DNA of 64,000 bases, from assembly GCF_947568905.1 (NCBI RefSeq), contig NC_079166.1:70308001-70372000 (forward strand), in the 5' to 3' direction. Below, in pieces: positions 26,097 to 39,407 of this stretch. Positions within the stretch are counted from its first letter, which is position 1. Each line of letters begins with the position of its first letter. The notes under the pieces were generated by a model that was given only the letters and a program-made list of their open reading frames with translations, did no database searches and was not told the DNA's origin. This DNA comes from Ostrea edulis. Its lineage: Eukaryota. A program made the translations under genes and the position numbers.

Positions 26097-26933
26097 TTAG
26101 ATTTAGCATAGAAAACATTAGTATTTTACAAAATTTCTTTTCCAAGTTTGTACATGTAGGAGTCATAAGATTGATCACTGTTCGTTATCTTCACCTTTCA
26201 TGTCAAAACAAAAACAAAAGGGTCTTTACAATTTATCATTTTCAGTTTTATACATAATTGTAAATGGGGAAAACAAAAGAGAAACCCACAATTTTTTCAC
26301 ATCAGTTTAATAAATGCTGAAAACAGCTAGAATGAATTAATGAATGTGAATACACGTAAAATGGACAACAGTGACACAAAATTTTCCTGAAAATTGATTT
26401 AAAAGACAATTACTGTTGAAATACAATGCGCATCTCATAATTCTATGACATGCCTACTTACTGTCGTGTTGCGACTTGCTCACATATAGAGTTCTGAGCA
26501 AGAACACAGCAATTCTGATACAACTTGTACTTCTCTCTGTCGGACCATACATGTCAAAGAAACCTCATGGAAAGGCTCATTCAAAAGTTGAAATATCTAA
26601 TGAATATTTTCACAATCTTCTTAAAATACACACAGCTTCAAAACGTTCCTGTATTCATAAAGATCTCTTCAGAGATTCAGCAATTCAAAACTACTAAAAA
26701 TAATCTTTAAACTACATGTGATATTTCCTCCTTCTGATTAAATCTTGCAAACTTAACAAAAATGAAAACATTTTTGCAACCTCAAATTTTAGAATTGAAT
26801 GAATCTTTGTAATGAATCTCTTTTTCATTCTTTCTCGACCTCATGAAATGTTGCAGTTTACTGTACATGAATCTTTGAAGATCAGATGAGAGTAACTTTG
26901 CATGCACGAGTCTAAAGGTATACTTCACACGCC

Positions 26934-29900
26934 TCAGTCCACATCGTTAATGTCATTCCCCACCAGGGGTTCACTTTCTTGCACTTCATCGTATACTTCC
27001 TCCTCCTTAGCGCCCTCGGGTTCTTTGTTGGCTTCGGGCACCCACAGTCCGGAATCAACGCACCGTTTCATGTGATAGCGCGCCTCCTCCTCGGGCAACT
27101 CTGTGATAGCTTTTTGTAATGAAGCAATGTCTTTGGACTCGAAACACTTTTGTAAGACCTAAAAATAATCACACAAATTACACGGATTACAAATACACAC
27201 ATCTGAAACAAGCTGGACTACAAGCCAATCTTACAAAATTTCATAAATGCTTGATGTTTATGTTTCTGTTTTAGAAAATTGTAAAATCACCCTACTAGCA
27301 TAAACCACCAAAAGGGAGATAAACCTTGGACAATAAATTCATACTTGCCTCTGGTAAAGTTTCAAACACTTCCACAGGGTCCAGACCGCCTGGTCCTAGC
27401 CTCTTCTGCCTCTCCTCCTATATCAAGTCAAATTCATATTCAGCAAAAAAAAAAATGATATAAAAAATGTGACAACAAAGGAAGAATTAATACAAACCTT
27501 GATTTGAACTTCCCCAATTACAATAAATTGTATGATACTTTTATCATCCCCCAATACATATGTATTGCAAATGAATACCATTAAAAAAAAGTTACTATCT
27601 ATAGTTTTGTATTTCTTACACTTTTATATTTAAAATATTTCATTTTAATTTGATATTGGATGAACATCCAAAAATCCTGCTAAAACAAATATTTTCATCA
27701 AGTTTGTAAATAAAGACTTGAGAACTCATCTTACAATAAAACATTTGAAGGAATTTGAAGATTCTATTCCAACATATGCAAAATCAATATCAGTCAAGTT
27801 TTGTGTATTTGGAAGGGGGGGGGGGGGGGGGGGGGTTGTTGTTGTTTCTGTCTGTCATGTAGTTGCTCACTTACAGAATAATGCACAAAGTAAAGTGCTG
27901 ATATCAATGAAAATTCTGCAAAGAGCAAGATGTACACAAGCTATAAGATCTGGACTGTCAATCCAAGGTATCCAGCAGTTTACAATCTCTAAAAGATTTT
28001 AGTTGTATAAGGTCAATATAGCTTCAATCGTTGTTATTGACCAGTTGCTCCTCTAAAACATACCTCTTCATATTCTTCCATGGCTTTCTGTAATTTCTCC
28101 TGGGCTCGCTTTGTAATTCTTTCTTTGAATGCATCCAGTTCACTGTTGAAGGCTTCCATATATTGCTTTTCACCAAGCTTTATCCTGAAAAATAAATTAA
28201 ATATTATGCCCAAAGGTTATAATGCTCCTCTAGAGCAACTTTTTTTTTTATAAAACAAGATGCATTTGTGAAACATCATGCTGCCCACCCCTTCCCTAAA
28301 AGGGGCATATTTAATCTGACCTTCATCTTGATGAATAATACCGACCTTTACCAGTCTGACACAAAGATTTGACCTTTTATTCTACCATGTATGAACTGTT
28401 TAAAATTTTTATAAGCAATGCTAAATTTGCAGATAAAGAGATGGAAGGATTCCTAATGAGGGAAAGGGGTACAAAAATTAATCCATTAAACATCGATCTC
28501 CTTATTGTGGCCTAGCCCATTGCTAAGCTATGGGATCTATCTGGCCATACTTGAATTTATGATACAGTGAAAGTCTTAAAACCATTCAAAAGTTATAAGC
28601 AAGGTTAAAGTTTCGTACAGATGGACAGACAGGCAGCAAAAAACAGTATGCTTCCCACCCCCACCCCACTTTAGTTGCAAGGGCATGAACATTTTTACTG
28701 AATTATAGATTCTGTGATACAGTGACAATCATGATATAATAAGTAGAAAATAAATACAACACTGATGCCAAGATTCTCCAGCAAGAAATGTTTCTATTAA
28801 ATCTAAAAATTTTCATCAATTGAGTGAGCTTTGATATATTAAACTTGATATGCAACTGTTTATGACATTTTGTCAACTTGTAGGATCAATTTTTGCAATA
28901 GATGCATAAAAAGTTGTACTTGTTTGACAAAGGATTTAGCAAGGCTTATAACATCACACAGTAAACAGATGAAGCTTAAATTATACAGGAACACAGGGTT
29001 TTACCTGGAGAAAAAAGGACGAACACAGCTTCTTGGATCTACGTCCATCTGCTTTGCCAGTTCCATTATGAAGTTCATTACGATTGTTTGATGAGCCACA
29101 TGATTCATTAGATCAGTTTTCTGTTTAAAAAGAGTAAGTAATGTGAAATTAGACAACCTTTTCAAACTTTATCAAAGAAATTTCAAAGAATTAATGTCTC
29201 GAAGTGTAAATTTAAAGACAGAAAAACATTCTTTACAAAGAAAAAAAAATACATTTAGTAGTTGTGTAAAATCCAAAATGCTCTGATATAAATCACACTT
29301 TATAGATTCAGACCAAAGATAAAATGTTCTAATCAGAGTTCTGAAATTTCAAGCACATATCATTAAAGAGGAAAACACAAGGGTCTGACTTCCCCAATCC
29401 AAGATTGGTGAGAAGTGCACATATCTGCTTACTTTTATGCATATTCAGAAACAAAAAAATATACAGTAGACCCATATATGGTATAGGTTGGAGCTCCCTA
29501 AAAAAAACTGCATGGGGTGAATCCACCATATACCCCACCTCTAATCTCCCCCAGGAAAAAATTCTGGATCTGCACATGGTCATTTTACAGAGCATAGGCA
29601 TCAAAATATATAGATTAAGTATATATATATAAAACAATCAAAAAATATTTTAAACATCACATCCCACTGAAGGCCTAGTAAGCAGAGTTTAGTCTGTGGA
29701 TCAGGAGTTGAGTGCCCTTACCTCCTCCATAGCAAGATCTATACACCAGATGACCAGGACATTGGCCGTTTCCTCACAGACCAAATCAGGGTTGTCAATC
29801 AAGAACTGCTGGCTATCCTCAAACCGACGCAACATCCCAAACTTTTTTGCATCTGCTTTATGTTTCTCTACAAACTCTTTCTGCAAATATGTCAAAATAC

Positions 29901-32900
29901 ACAAATTTAACTGAAATACTTGCATTCTTTTTCTCTATACTAAAGGGCACCGTCCGATACCCACGGCTTGTCTTCTATTCAGATAATTCAGGGGTAGGTA
30001 ATATAATACAAAATGCATACAACTAAACAGCTTCATTCCCAATGGACTGAATGGTCATTATAAATGACATTTTTAACTTGATTGTACGTACATGTTTCTG
30101 ACTTTTCTCTTCCTCTGTTAATTCTTTTTTTGGTATTGGTTTATTTATCACCTGTAATAATTAAATCAGTAATACAACAAATGTCAGTTACTGTTTCAAC
30201 ATTACGAAAACTAAGCCTTCCCCATGTTGAAACATTTTCAATTTTTACCTTTGTCAAAATGTAAAATTCAACATGACCTGATTTGTTAAGAAATATGATA
30301 CATGTGTTAAACATTATACACATCTGTACATACCAAGCTGATAAACAAACAAAAAACTCCCAAGAAACTGTACCTAATAATCAACTCTATTGATGTATAC
30401 TGTTTTAAAATATACAGTTGTATGTATAATCATTGATTAAAATACTCACAGTTTTTGATTTTCCATCGTGGCATATGGTGTCAATATTTAATGGAGTTAG
30501 CTGCAAACATAGGAATCAGTGTTTTATTGCTCTATAACAATTTCAATGATTATCATATACACAAAAGACACACGATAACACTGTGAAGATGATTGATAGA
30601 GCTCTCTGATCTGAGGTCCTATAAATATTATGTTTCAATGAGGTTTATTGGTGGACCCAGTTTGCAAAGCGTATGTCAAATAGTGAAACATTGATTGTAT
30701 ATTGTTTAACGTCCCTCTCACTATTTTTTCACCCTTATGGAGATGTCACCATTGCCAGTGAAGAGCTGCAAGATTTAGGCCTATGCTTGGCACTTGTGGC
30801 TTTGAGCAGGAAGGGATCTTTATCGTGCTACACCTCAATAGTGAAAGATAAACTAAGCAAATGCTTACTATGTCTCAAGGTCAAGGGCAAATGCAGGTTT
30901 CAGTGATGTGTGCCTATTGCCTAAGTATGGAATCTGTAGCATGTCAAACTGTTAAACATGGTACCTTACAAGTTTATGTCAAAAGTCAACGTCATTTTGA
31001 GCATTCAATATTAAGTTTTGTCTATGGATTAGGTTTCAGACCTAAAGGTCATATACTTTCAACAAAACTCAGAACAAGAAATGTTTTAGAAACATACATA
31101 TGCTCCCAGTGTGACAATTTTGAAAAGGATTAACTTAAAATTCAGTATCTGTAATGATGGTGAAAAATATGCAGTATCGACAGTGAATTCATTTATAACA
31201 TTGTGGATTCAAATTGAAAACTAGCCATCATGCAATGTCAAAACAGGGGTTCTCAAGATTCTGAGGGGACAATATCTTCCTTTAGTCAAAGTAAATCCTA
31301 AACCAGGATAACAAGTTCGATGTCGATCAAGCAAAGGGTTCTCTAGATATAAGCAGACAATACTTTCTCTACCAACTGACCAACAGATGCAAATCAACAT
31401 GCCCCCATTTGAACAGAGGCATAAAATGCAATCAATTGAATTAACCAGAAAATTTCACAGGCAGTTATTGCTAATTCAGTGACTGGAATTGTGATTAAAG
31501 TCATTCAACATCTTTAAAATGTAATATTGCAACTGCATGCATATAATATCTTTCCTACAAACATCAATTCATTAACTCACAATTCTTAGGCACTAACTCA
31601 ATACAACACTAATTTACTACCTTTTCTTTTTTCTTCAATTCTTCTTCTTTTTCTCTCCATTTCTTCTCTTGGTCCTCTAATTCAGAGAGTTTGGTTTTTG
31701 CATCTTTATCACTGCTCTGTAAATACATGACACACTCCTCTCGCTACAGTACACTATTATGCAGAACGTGTGCACATGCAACAGAGTTTCCTTTTGGTTA
31801 ACTTTCATGACACAAAACCATAACAGTAATAACTAATAAGACATATTCATCAGTCAATTTCATTCATCTTAGGGTATTTCTCAAAATTCAAGTAGTTCCT
31901 TATTAAACAGGCTAACATGACATAGTTTAATCTATTCACAATGCCTGTAAATGCAATCATTTCTGGGACACACAATAAAACATCAATGTTGTATTATACA
32001 AGACTTTTTAAAGTACCTACCAAATCTGCCTCTTTTAATTTCTGCTTGATTTCATTCATTTTCTGTTGATGTCTGAAAATGTCACAATAAATATGTATAT
32101 AATTTCAAATATCTCGTGCATGCATGTCTTGGCACTTATATATACTATCAAAACTGTTCCTAATATGAAATAATAATCTTTGTACTACAAATATTCTGTC
32201 TCTCTCTCAAAAAAGAAAACTCACTCTGCATAGCCTTTCTCAAAGTCTTCTTTTTCCTTCTTTGATTGCTCCATTCTTTCCATTCTTGCCTGATGTCGCC
32301 ATCTGAAGAGACTAGCTGTGTCAACATTGGGATGTGTGTCATCTTCATCGTCCGAGATCTAATTTCATGCCAAAAAAATCAAAAAGTAAATAAAAATCCT
32401 TTAAAAAAATTAATCTAAAACTCTCCTAACTCAATTTTTTCACATCTGTTACAGCAAAACATGGGCATAGGCCTGGTAGGATGAGAATGATAGCATAGAT
32501 GTTTTGTCCTGGTCAATCTGGATCAGTGCATGCAAATATTTATACTTGATTTTGCTATTACTATTACGGGCAGTGTATTTCTACAAAAGATGGGCTACAA
32601 TCGTCGGAAGCCCACAGTGGGTTGCACTCCGTGAGGTGAACAGAGTGCGACTGACCGTGGGTTTCTGACAATGATATGCTACACACATGCAAATAATATA
32701 CAGAATATTACAGCACCACATCAATATAATGAAAAGAACATATTCTGAAATTAATTCATATGACATAGTGGATGCTAAAATAAGATCTTTTCAGGTTTCT
32801 GAATTTCTCTCCGACTAGTTATTGAAATGTGATTTCAGAATACATTGGGTATTGATCATGCATCATATTGATATACATGCATCTAAAAAAGTTAGAATTC

Positions 32901-34946
32901 CTTGTTCTTTTTCAGTATTAGAGCTCACATAGATTGAATAAAATTCATTTAATACAGATTCATGAAATCATCCTACAATTTTCACTACAGTCAGTCATAC
33001 AATTAATACAGATAAATCATACAGCGTGGGTATAACAATCAAAGCAGTGTTTTTTTTCTATAATACATCATTTTCTGATGTCATATTTTGTGGTGTACGT
33101 GAGTAGACATTCACAAAAATATAATTGGATATCATAGATACATGAAATCACTGTCCAACTTGAGTACACAGATTTTCAACCATTTTGATACCAAATTAGG
33201 TGTAATTGATGAACTAGTGGATCTAATGGAAGATGAAATCATCTAATTGTTCACCATGTATCAGGCAAAGTAAGTACTTTACTTGCACCAATAGTAGCAC
33301 TGTCAACTTAACCGAATTTAATAAGATTCAACTTAGTTGCTTGGAGGTGACACATTGTACACGTATTTGGACTAATGTCCAGATCAGCATAGTAGCAATG
33401 CCCAATATCACCAAGATCGAATTTATTAAAACAGAGAGAGACTGAGTCTAAGAAATTTTGTTAAATTACTAATAAAGTGAATCTTAATATTGCATCTCAC
33501 TTAAGCCCTCAATTCAGAAAAAAAGGTTTATAATACATGTATGTGCATTCAATACTTTTTTCATTTTATGGTAAATTATGTACTTCTAAATAAAAATGAA
33601 GTGCACAGCTATGGTACATGATATATCCATCTGGAACTACATGTGTGTAAGACACGATCATTTTCACTATATAAAGCTAAAAAAAATTCAAAATGAAGCC
33701 ACATTGACCTAAATTTGGGTAACAATACACTTTCCCCAAAAAGATGCATCAACTAAGCAAGTTTTATGGTCCTAGGCCTCACAGTGCTCAAGATAAAGTC
33801 CAGATACAAACTGAATATGTTGTCATAAAATTTTTAAATGGGGCCATAGTAACATATTATGTGTAGCCATAAAATTCCAGGAGGCCACAGTGACACATTT
33901 TGGGGTAACGACACACCTCTCCCTCAAGATGTATCAGCTAATCAAACTTAATGGTCCTACATGTACAACTCTGAAGTATGAAAGATATGACCTACACTAA
34001 AAAGAGTGACAGACAGACAGACGAAAAAATTCCTACCATAATACAGTTTCTCGAAAGACAGGCCTATTGAATTATTCTTTTTATAGAGCAACATCTTATA
34101 TATGTTAATTTTTTGGGTTACCGTATATATGTTAGTTTGGTGGGGTTTTTTTTTTTTTGGTTACTTCCTTTTTTTATGCATCCCTTTTACAGTAATATAC
34201 TCACCAGCTGTAGTTGAAGTACTACAAATTTAGAATTATGCTTTGTGTTCTAGGTTGTAGCAGTGTGGGTTCTTTAGACAAACCAAAGGAGTCGGCAGTT
34301 TTATCTGTAAAGGTTTACAATGTAAGCAGCTGAGAAACCTCAGTGCACTGGTTGTTGTTTACATTGTGGCTGGGCCTGCCTTTACACATAAAACTGCAGA
34401 GTCCTGTAGTTAACCATGCCAACTCCTGCTGCAACAAGAGACTTCTGATTTTAAAGGGCATGTCTGAATTCAGAGGGACCCACAACTCTCATTTTTAGAT
34501 GCTCACTGCTGAGCGTTTGGCGAAAAAACACTCTCTTAAACCTACTTTTACATCTTAGCTTAATGCAGCAATGGCAGAAGCAGGCTCAAACTTACAACCT
34601 ACTATTCATCGAGGCTGGATATTTTGGACTGTTGCCTCTGCCCAGTCACAAAACTGCATAGATAACATTCTACATGCTCCAACATTTCTACTACTAATAT
34701 GCTGGTACCTATAAATATGGCGCCAACATGTATGTCGCCTAACTCTAACCCTAGTCACGATCATCCCCTTTTTTGAAAAATGTTCATTTTCTGGAACATT
34801 CTGAAAAGAAAACATCACTTTTAACCTGTTCCAAGTTTCATTCTCGTTCAATTTGTAACCTAAAATAGAGATCAACTAAGACATTATATTTCCTCTTCAT
34901 CATTTACCTCAATATGGTCCCATTTACTGTAATTGATCGCGGTCAT
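26934..34946 (-). CDS. CDC37: Hsp90 co-chaperone Cdc37, 373 aa, 11 coding exons
   Basis: Exons 34908-34946, 32225-32358, 32021-32072, 31621-31716, 30450-30500, 30092-30151, 29722-29880, 29005-29120, 28064-28184, 27349-27417 and 26934-27158 (1122 nt) join in frame. Product [42 protein letters not shown]...[27 protein letters not shown], all hallmark Cdc37 motifs. Confidence 0.97.
28253..28690 (+). mobile_element. Helentron/pearl-like fragment in a CDC37 intron
   Basis: AACAAGATGC start, GACCTT motifs, and a GACAGACAGG tract near the end followed by a short GC hairpin-like segment. Confidence 0.5.
30691..30835 (-). mobile_element. Partial copy of the (AATC)n-tailed SINE
   Basis: Colinear similarity to 10965-11110 (TTTAAC(A/G)TCCCTCTC..ATGGAGA(C/T)GTCACCATTGCC..GGGATCTTTATCGTG). 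Confidence 0.85.
33700..34070 (+). mobile_element. Pearl/Helentron-like fragment with two diverged core units
   Basis: Repeated TTTGGG(G)TAAC..ACAC..AAGATG(C/T)ATCA..ATGGTCCTA blocks followed by (GACA)n at about 34007-34023. Confidence 0.5.
34200..34680 (-). mobile_element. Decayed tRNA-type SINE with a nested 133-bp TTA-flanked insertion
   Basis: The minus strand matches the window's other SINE copies (AAAGAACCC..CTGCT..CTAAATTTG..TGGTGA; TAAAAGTAGGT). The central GGCATGGT-TAAAGAACCC block is split by 34277-34409, which is flanked by TTA (34274-34276, 34410-34412) and has internal inverted repeats. Confidence 0.65.
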
Positions 34947-35225
34947 GATAACAATTTAGTGAACTACGTCAATATCAAAATATTGCGTCTTCTGGAATAA
35001 GGAAGTTCATGTGGTATTCCGATCCCGACTTTATATTAATTGTTTTTATTTTAGTATATAAAATCGCATTAAATATTTTAAACTTATATAAGATACTGAT
35101 ACTAATGTAACCATTGAACATCACAACACACTTTTTAAACATTTTACAGGTGAAATTGTTTCCTTAGTTTCTTACATAACATAAACTAGTTCTCCCTTGA
35201 CGAGTACCAGTATTAGTATCACGCC
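34947..35225. promoter_or_regulatory. Bidirectional promoter region CDC37/SPTLC1
   Basis: Only 279 nt separate the divergent ATGs. ETS-type GGAAGT at 35001-35006. A candidate SPTLC1 5'UTR acceptor TTTTACAG ends at 35149. Confidence 0.7.
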
Positions 35226-36662
35226 ATGGCGTCAACGTTCATTCCACAAACATGGGAAATGTACGATATGTTCCAGGCCCTGCTACAGGCTCCATCGTAT
35301 CATCTTTTCTTCGAAGCACTGCTAATTATCTGGATTTTCAAATTACTGTTTTTCTCAAAGGCGTATGCCCCAGAATCTGTCCTGACTGAAAAGGAAAAGG
35401 AGGAGTTGATTGCGGAATGGCAGCCGGAACCTTTAGCACCCGAAATTCCAGAGGATCACCCGGTCCTACAGGCCATGGAGAATAACATAATAACTGGAAA
35501 GCCAGGGAAATATGTCACAATTAACGGAAAGTCGTGTATAAATATGGCAACATTGAACTTTTTAGGTATGGCTGGTGACCCTTCAGTTGAGTCTGCAGCA
35601 ATTGAGACTCTGAAAAAGTATGGCGTTGGCTCATGTGGACCTAGAGGGTTCTATGGCACTATGGATGTCCATTTAGAACTAGAGGACAAGATAGCCAAGT
35701 TCATGAACTGTGAGGAAGCCATTCTGTATGCATTTGGATTTGCTACAATAGCAAGTGCCATACCCGCTTACTCGAAACGAGGTGATGTCATTTTCGCAGA
35801 TGAGGGTGTGTGCTTTGCTATTCAGAAAGGACTAATTGCCTCAAGAAGCAAAATCAAGTGGTTCAAGCACAATGATATGGATGATCTAGAACGTCTCCTT
35901 CTGGAACAAGCGAAAGAAGATAAGAAAAACCCCAAGAAAGCCAAAGTGACAAGAAGATTTCTGGTTGTGGAAGGACTCTATGTAAACTATGGAGACTTGT
36001 GCCCACTTCCAAAATTAGTGGAACTAAAGTGGAAGTACAAAGTCCGTCTCTTCATTGAAGAAAGTTTATCATTTGGAGTTCTTGGTGCTACAGGAAAAGG
36101 CGTGACTGAACATTTCAACATCCCCCAAGATGAAATTGACTTAATAGCAGCAGCGTTAGAAAATGCTATTGGATCAACTGGAGGTTTCTGCTGTGGAAAG
36201 AAATATATTGTGGATCATCAACGACTCTCAGGGTTGGGGTACTGTTTTTCTGCCTCTTTACCTCCAATGCTGGCCACAGCAGCCATCCAGTCATTGCATT
36301 TGATTGACAATCAACCAACCATGTTGATTCAGTTGCGAGAGAACTGTGAAAAAATCCACGAGAAGCTGAAAGAGATAAATGGAGTCCTTATAGTTGGAGA
36401 GGCGTTGTCACCGATCAAGCATATAAGATTGGCCGAACCAAGCACTGATCGTGATTTTGATGTTCAGATTTTGCAGAAGGTGGCCGATCTCTCCAGAGAA
36501 AACAAAGTAGCCGTAACTTTAGCTCGGTACTTGAGTGAGGAAGAACACAAACTTCCTGTGCCAAGCATCAGAATTTCTGTAAACAGTCAACTCTCAAATG
36601 ATGAAATTGAAAATGTGTGCACTACACTTAGTGACGCATTTCAAAAAGTTCTCGCCCATTAA
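35226..36662 (+). CDS. SPTLC1: Serine palmitoyltransferase subunit 1 (LCB1), 478 aa, single coding exon
   Basis: Uninterrupted ORF with Kozak GCCATGG and an N-terminal hydrophobic helix (YHLFFEALLIIWIFKLLFF). It contains YGVGSCGPRGFYGT, FKHNDM and ENAIGSTGGFCCG; the last shows no PLP-binding Lys, as expected for LCB1. Confidence 0.97.
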   Translation: MASTFIPQTWEMYDMFQALLQAPSYHLFFEALLIIWIFKLLFFSKAYAPESVLTEKEKEELIAEWQPEPLAPEIPEDHPVLQAMENNIITGKPGKYVTINGKSCINMATLNFLGMAGDPSVESAAIETLKKYGVGSCGPRGFYGTMDVHLELEDKIAKFMNCEEAILYAFGFATIASAIPAYSKRGDVIFADEGVCFAIQKGLIASRSKIKWFKHNDMDDLERLLLEQAKEDKKNPKKAKVTRRFLVVEGLYVNYGDLCPLPKLVELKWKYKVRLFIEESLSFGVLGATGKGVTEHFNIPQDEIDLIAAALENAIGSTGGFCCGKKYIVDHQRLSGLGYCFSASLPPMLATAAIQSLHLIDNQPTMLIQLRENCEKIHEKLKEINGVLIVGEALSPIKHIRLAEPSTDRDFDVQILQKVADLSRENKVAVTLARYLSEEEHKLPVPSIRISVNSQLSNDEIENVCTTLSDAFQKVLAH

Positions 36663-37705
36663 ATGTAATTTATTACTCTAGGTTATTGTAGCTGTTACAC
36701 CAAAATTTTGTAAGAAGGTACTCAATTTTTGTACATTAACTTATGCCAACATTTATACGAGATGCATAATTTATGTGTGTTAGTATTAATTACAGTTTTA
36801 CATGTATATATGCAAGTCTGACATCATCACAAATTTAGAAGATTTTTAATATTTTTTTCAAGTAGCTTTCATCTCTGTGATCAGGTTTGAATTTCGCACA
36901 CAATGTATTCTTTAGTTTGTAATACATGACATTGCACATATTTTCATCGTTTGTTGGTTATGCTTTTGAATATATACCCAGTGTTGAGATTTGTACTGGT
37001 AATCTGTCCTAGAACGTAGAATGAAAATTGTATCTCTGCTAACCCAATCTATTCCAAATTATACCCAGTACCCTAAAATTATTTCAAATAGTTTATTAAG
37101 AGATTTTTGAATAAACATTGTTTTGTAATTAATTCCTGTACTTATGTATTAGAGGTAATTAGTATTGTCTTAGATGTTGACAAAAACACAATTATTATTT
37201 TTGTTCTTTTTCCATTACCAGGCATATAATCACAAGAAAGTCCAGTGAGTAAAATTGAATAAATATACGTGTTTTAAAGGAACTTGAAGGCAGTAAATCT
37301 CCCATAACTTTATGAGATTTGTTAATTTTTTTATCACTGGAAATATTGAACTGTGATATAATATGAATCCAAAACTGTACACATGTACTACATGTAGACT
37401 AAGTGATCAAACTGTCATGCACACATTACATGCACATTTTGAATTAAATTTGTTTGGTTTTTTTTTATTATTTATATTATTCCTAGCATAAATGAAATTT
37501 ATTTTCTTAATGTGATTTTTCACAATACATGTACCGGTATGCGTTATAAACAGAAGCTATTATTTTAAAAGACTGTATATTATAATGAATGCAGAAATTG
37601 ACCATATCATGTACTGTATATACTTTGATGGGTGGATCCAGGATTTTTTTTCTCAGAGTGCATGTTGTTGAACTTTTTGTCAGGAGTTTAATTAAACCCA
37701 AAGCT

Positions 37706-37741
<36 letters not shown>

Positions 37742-39407
37742 CTTTAGTGCATGAATTCGATTCAGAGCCTTCATTATATAATCTTTGGTTTCCCTGCCTG
37801 ATAAATGATTTTGCCAATGATGAACGAAGACTTGAGAGTTTAACTGTGCTAAAGTTACTTATTAATTATAATGCAATAAATAGCATATAATGCTGTTAGT
37901 CAAAGGCTTAAATTGTCCAGAAGTTTGTCTTTGTCAAAATAGTGAAAGGTGTAAATTATTAATATGTTGAATCCTAACTTTGTTTAAACATAGATCATTT
38001 GAGCATGAATTGTATAAAATTGTTATATCAATCACTGGTAATGATGTAAATTGTAAATGAAAAAATTAATATCAAACAAATTATTTCAGTGTGCATTCCT
38101 TTGAAAATACTTCGTATATGATTATTGTATGATAATATTGTGATTGGTTCTGTCCTTATTTAATACTTAGCACACAACTGTAATACTAATTTTTTTTTCA
38201 TTTCTTAAATCATGATGATACAAGTATATACCCTGCAGGGGGTGGGGGTCCCAACTCCCGCTAGATTCACACATGGATTATATTAAGCGTATTGTACTGC
38301 TAAAGGAATTTTTCTCTCCATTAAATTAATATCAATGTGTATTCAGAGTAAAATCAATCTATTTCAACAAAATAGCAAGTTTGTCTTATGAAATAAAAAT
38401 TGGACTTTGACACAAATTAGTGATAAAATATGATAATTCTAGATGTACCATATGTTACTTTTTGTATATACTATTGCTGTAATTTTTCTTTATAAGGCAA
38501 CAATTAGGATGTTGACAAGTATATGGACTTGTCGAGCAGAACATTTGGTTCTGTATTTGATGATTGATTTGTAATATATATACTTCATGCGATTGTTTTT
38601 AGTTTTACTTACTACAACAGGTATATTGTGGGCATTTACATGACAAAAATATTTGTTACAATGGACAGATCTTCATCTGCTTAGATCCATTACAGAACAA
38701 ATGTCAGAAGTAGCCATCACTTTCTTTACTGACGAATTTAAAGCATTATTATTACAAACAAAACTGCTTGTTTAGCATGTTTAGTGTTATCGAGATTACA
38801 GTGCTATTAGTTCAATAAAAATAAATACATGTGTGTATTAGTCTCAGTTTATGTCATGTGATACAGTGTACACAGTGGATGAAAGCTTGCTGAAAACTAG
38901 AAGCAAGATACAAAACAAAAAATATTCTTAGCAGATATCCATGAAAAGTAATTGACAATAGCCTGCAAAGAAGCAATGTACTCATTCATACATAGATTGG
39001 TACCCTGTTGATGGATCTATTAGCTGATGGTTGTAAACTCTTTAAAAAAAAATAGCACCTCCTGATACAACCATTCGGTGCAATGTCTCATTTTCCTGAT
39101 CATACATGTACCATTTAATGCATTTACAACATTTGTTGCCCTGTATTTATATAATTGTAATCATTAATATTTTTAAAATGCAATGTTTCAGGTTCTATCA
39201 GAGTCACAAAGACAGATCACATATTGTGATCAAGAATTGATATGCATTAAATTAGATGGAACATATTGTGTAGCCCGAATAATTAGGTTCAAGAGAAAGC
39301 AAACATTGCTTATGGGAAATGATGACATCAGAGTGAAAAGTCACTATATCTCTAACAGCACCAAAACAAATCAAACCCAACCCAATTTGATTATTACATG
39401 TATATGT

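Noticed and set aside
34250-34601. Large multi-helix fold on + with several G-U pairs and a three-way junction resembling telomerase CR4/5 (GGCUGGGCC hairpin)
   Set aside because: The region is explained as a decayed SINE (homologous to other copies in the window) plus a nested inverted-repeat insertion. There is no upstream telomeric template, no proper H/ACA tail, and no RNase P/MRP, 7SK or SRP signature.
34738-34810. CTAACCCTA telomerase-template-like motif followed by a possible AU-rich pseudoknot
   Set aside because: A short match expected by chance; CDC37 exon 1 lies ~150 bp downstream, leaving no room for the rest of a TR.
37704-37741. Long poly-G tracts (also ~27813 and ~58636) as G-quadruplex elements
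   Set aside because: Pure homopolymers are common in this genome type and their lengths are unreliable in assemblies.
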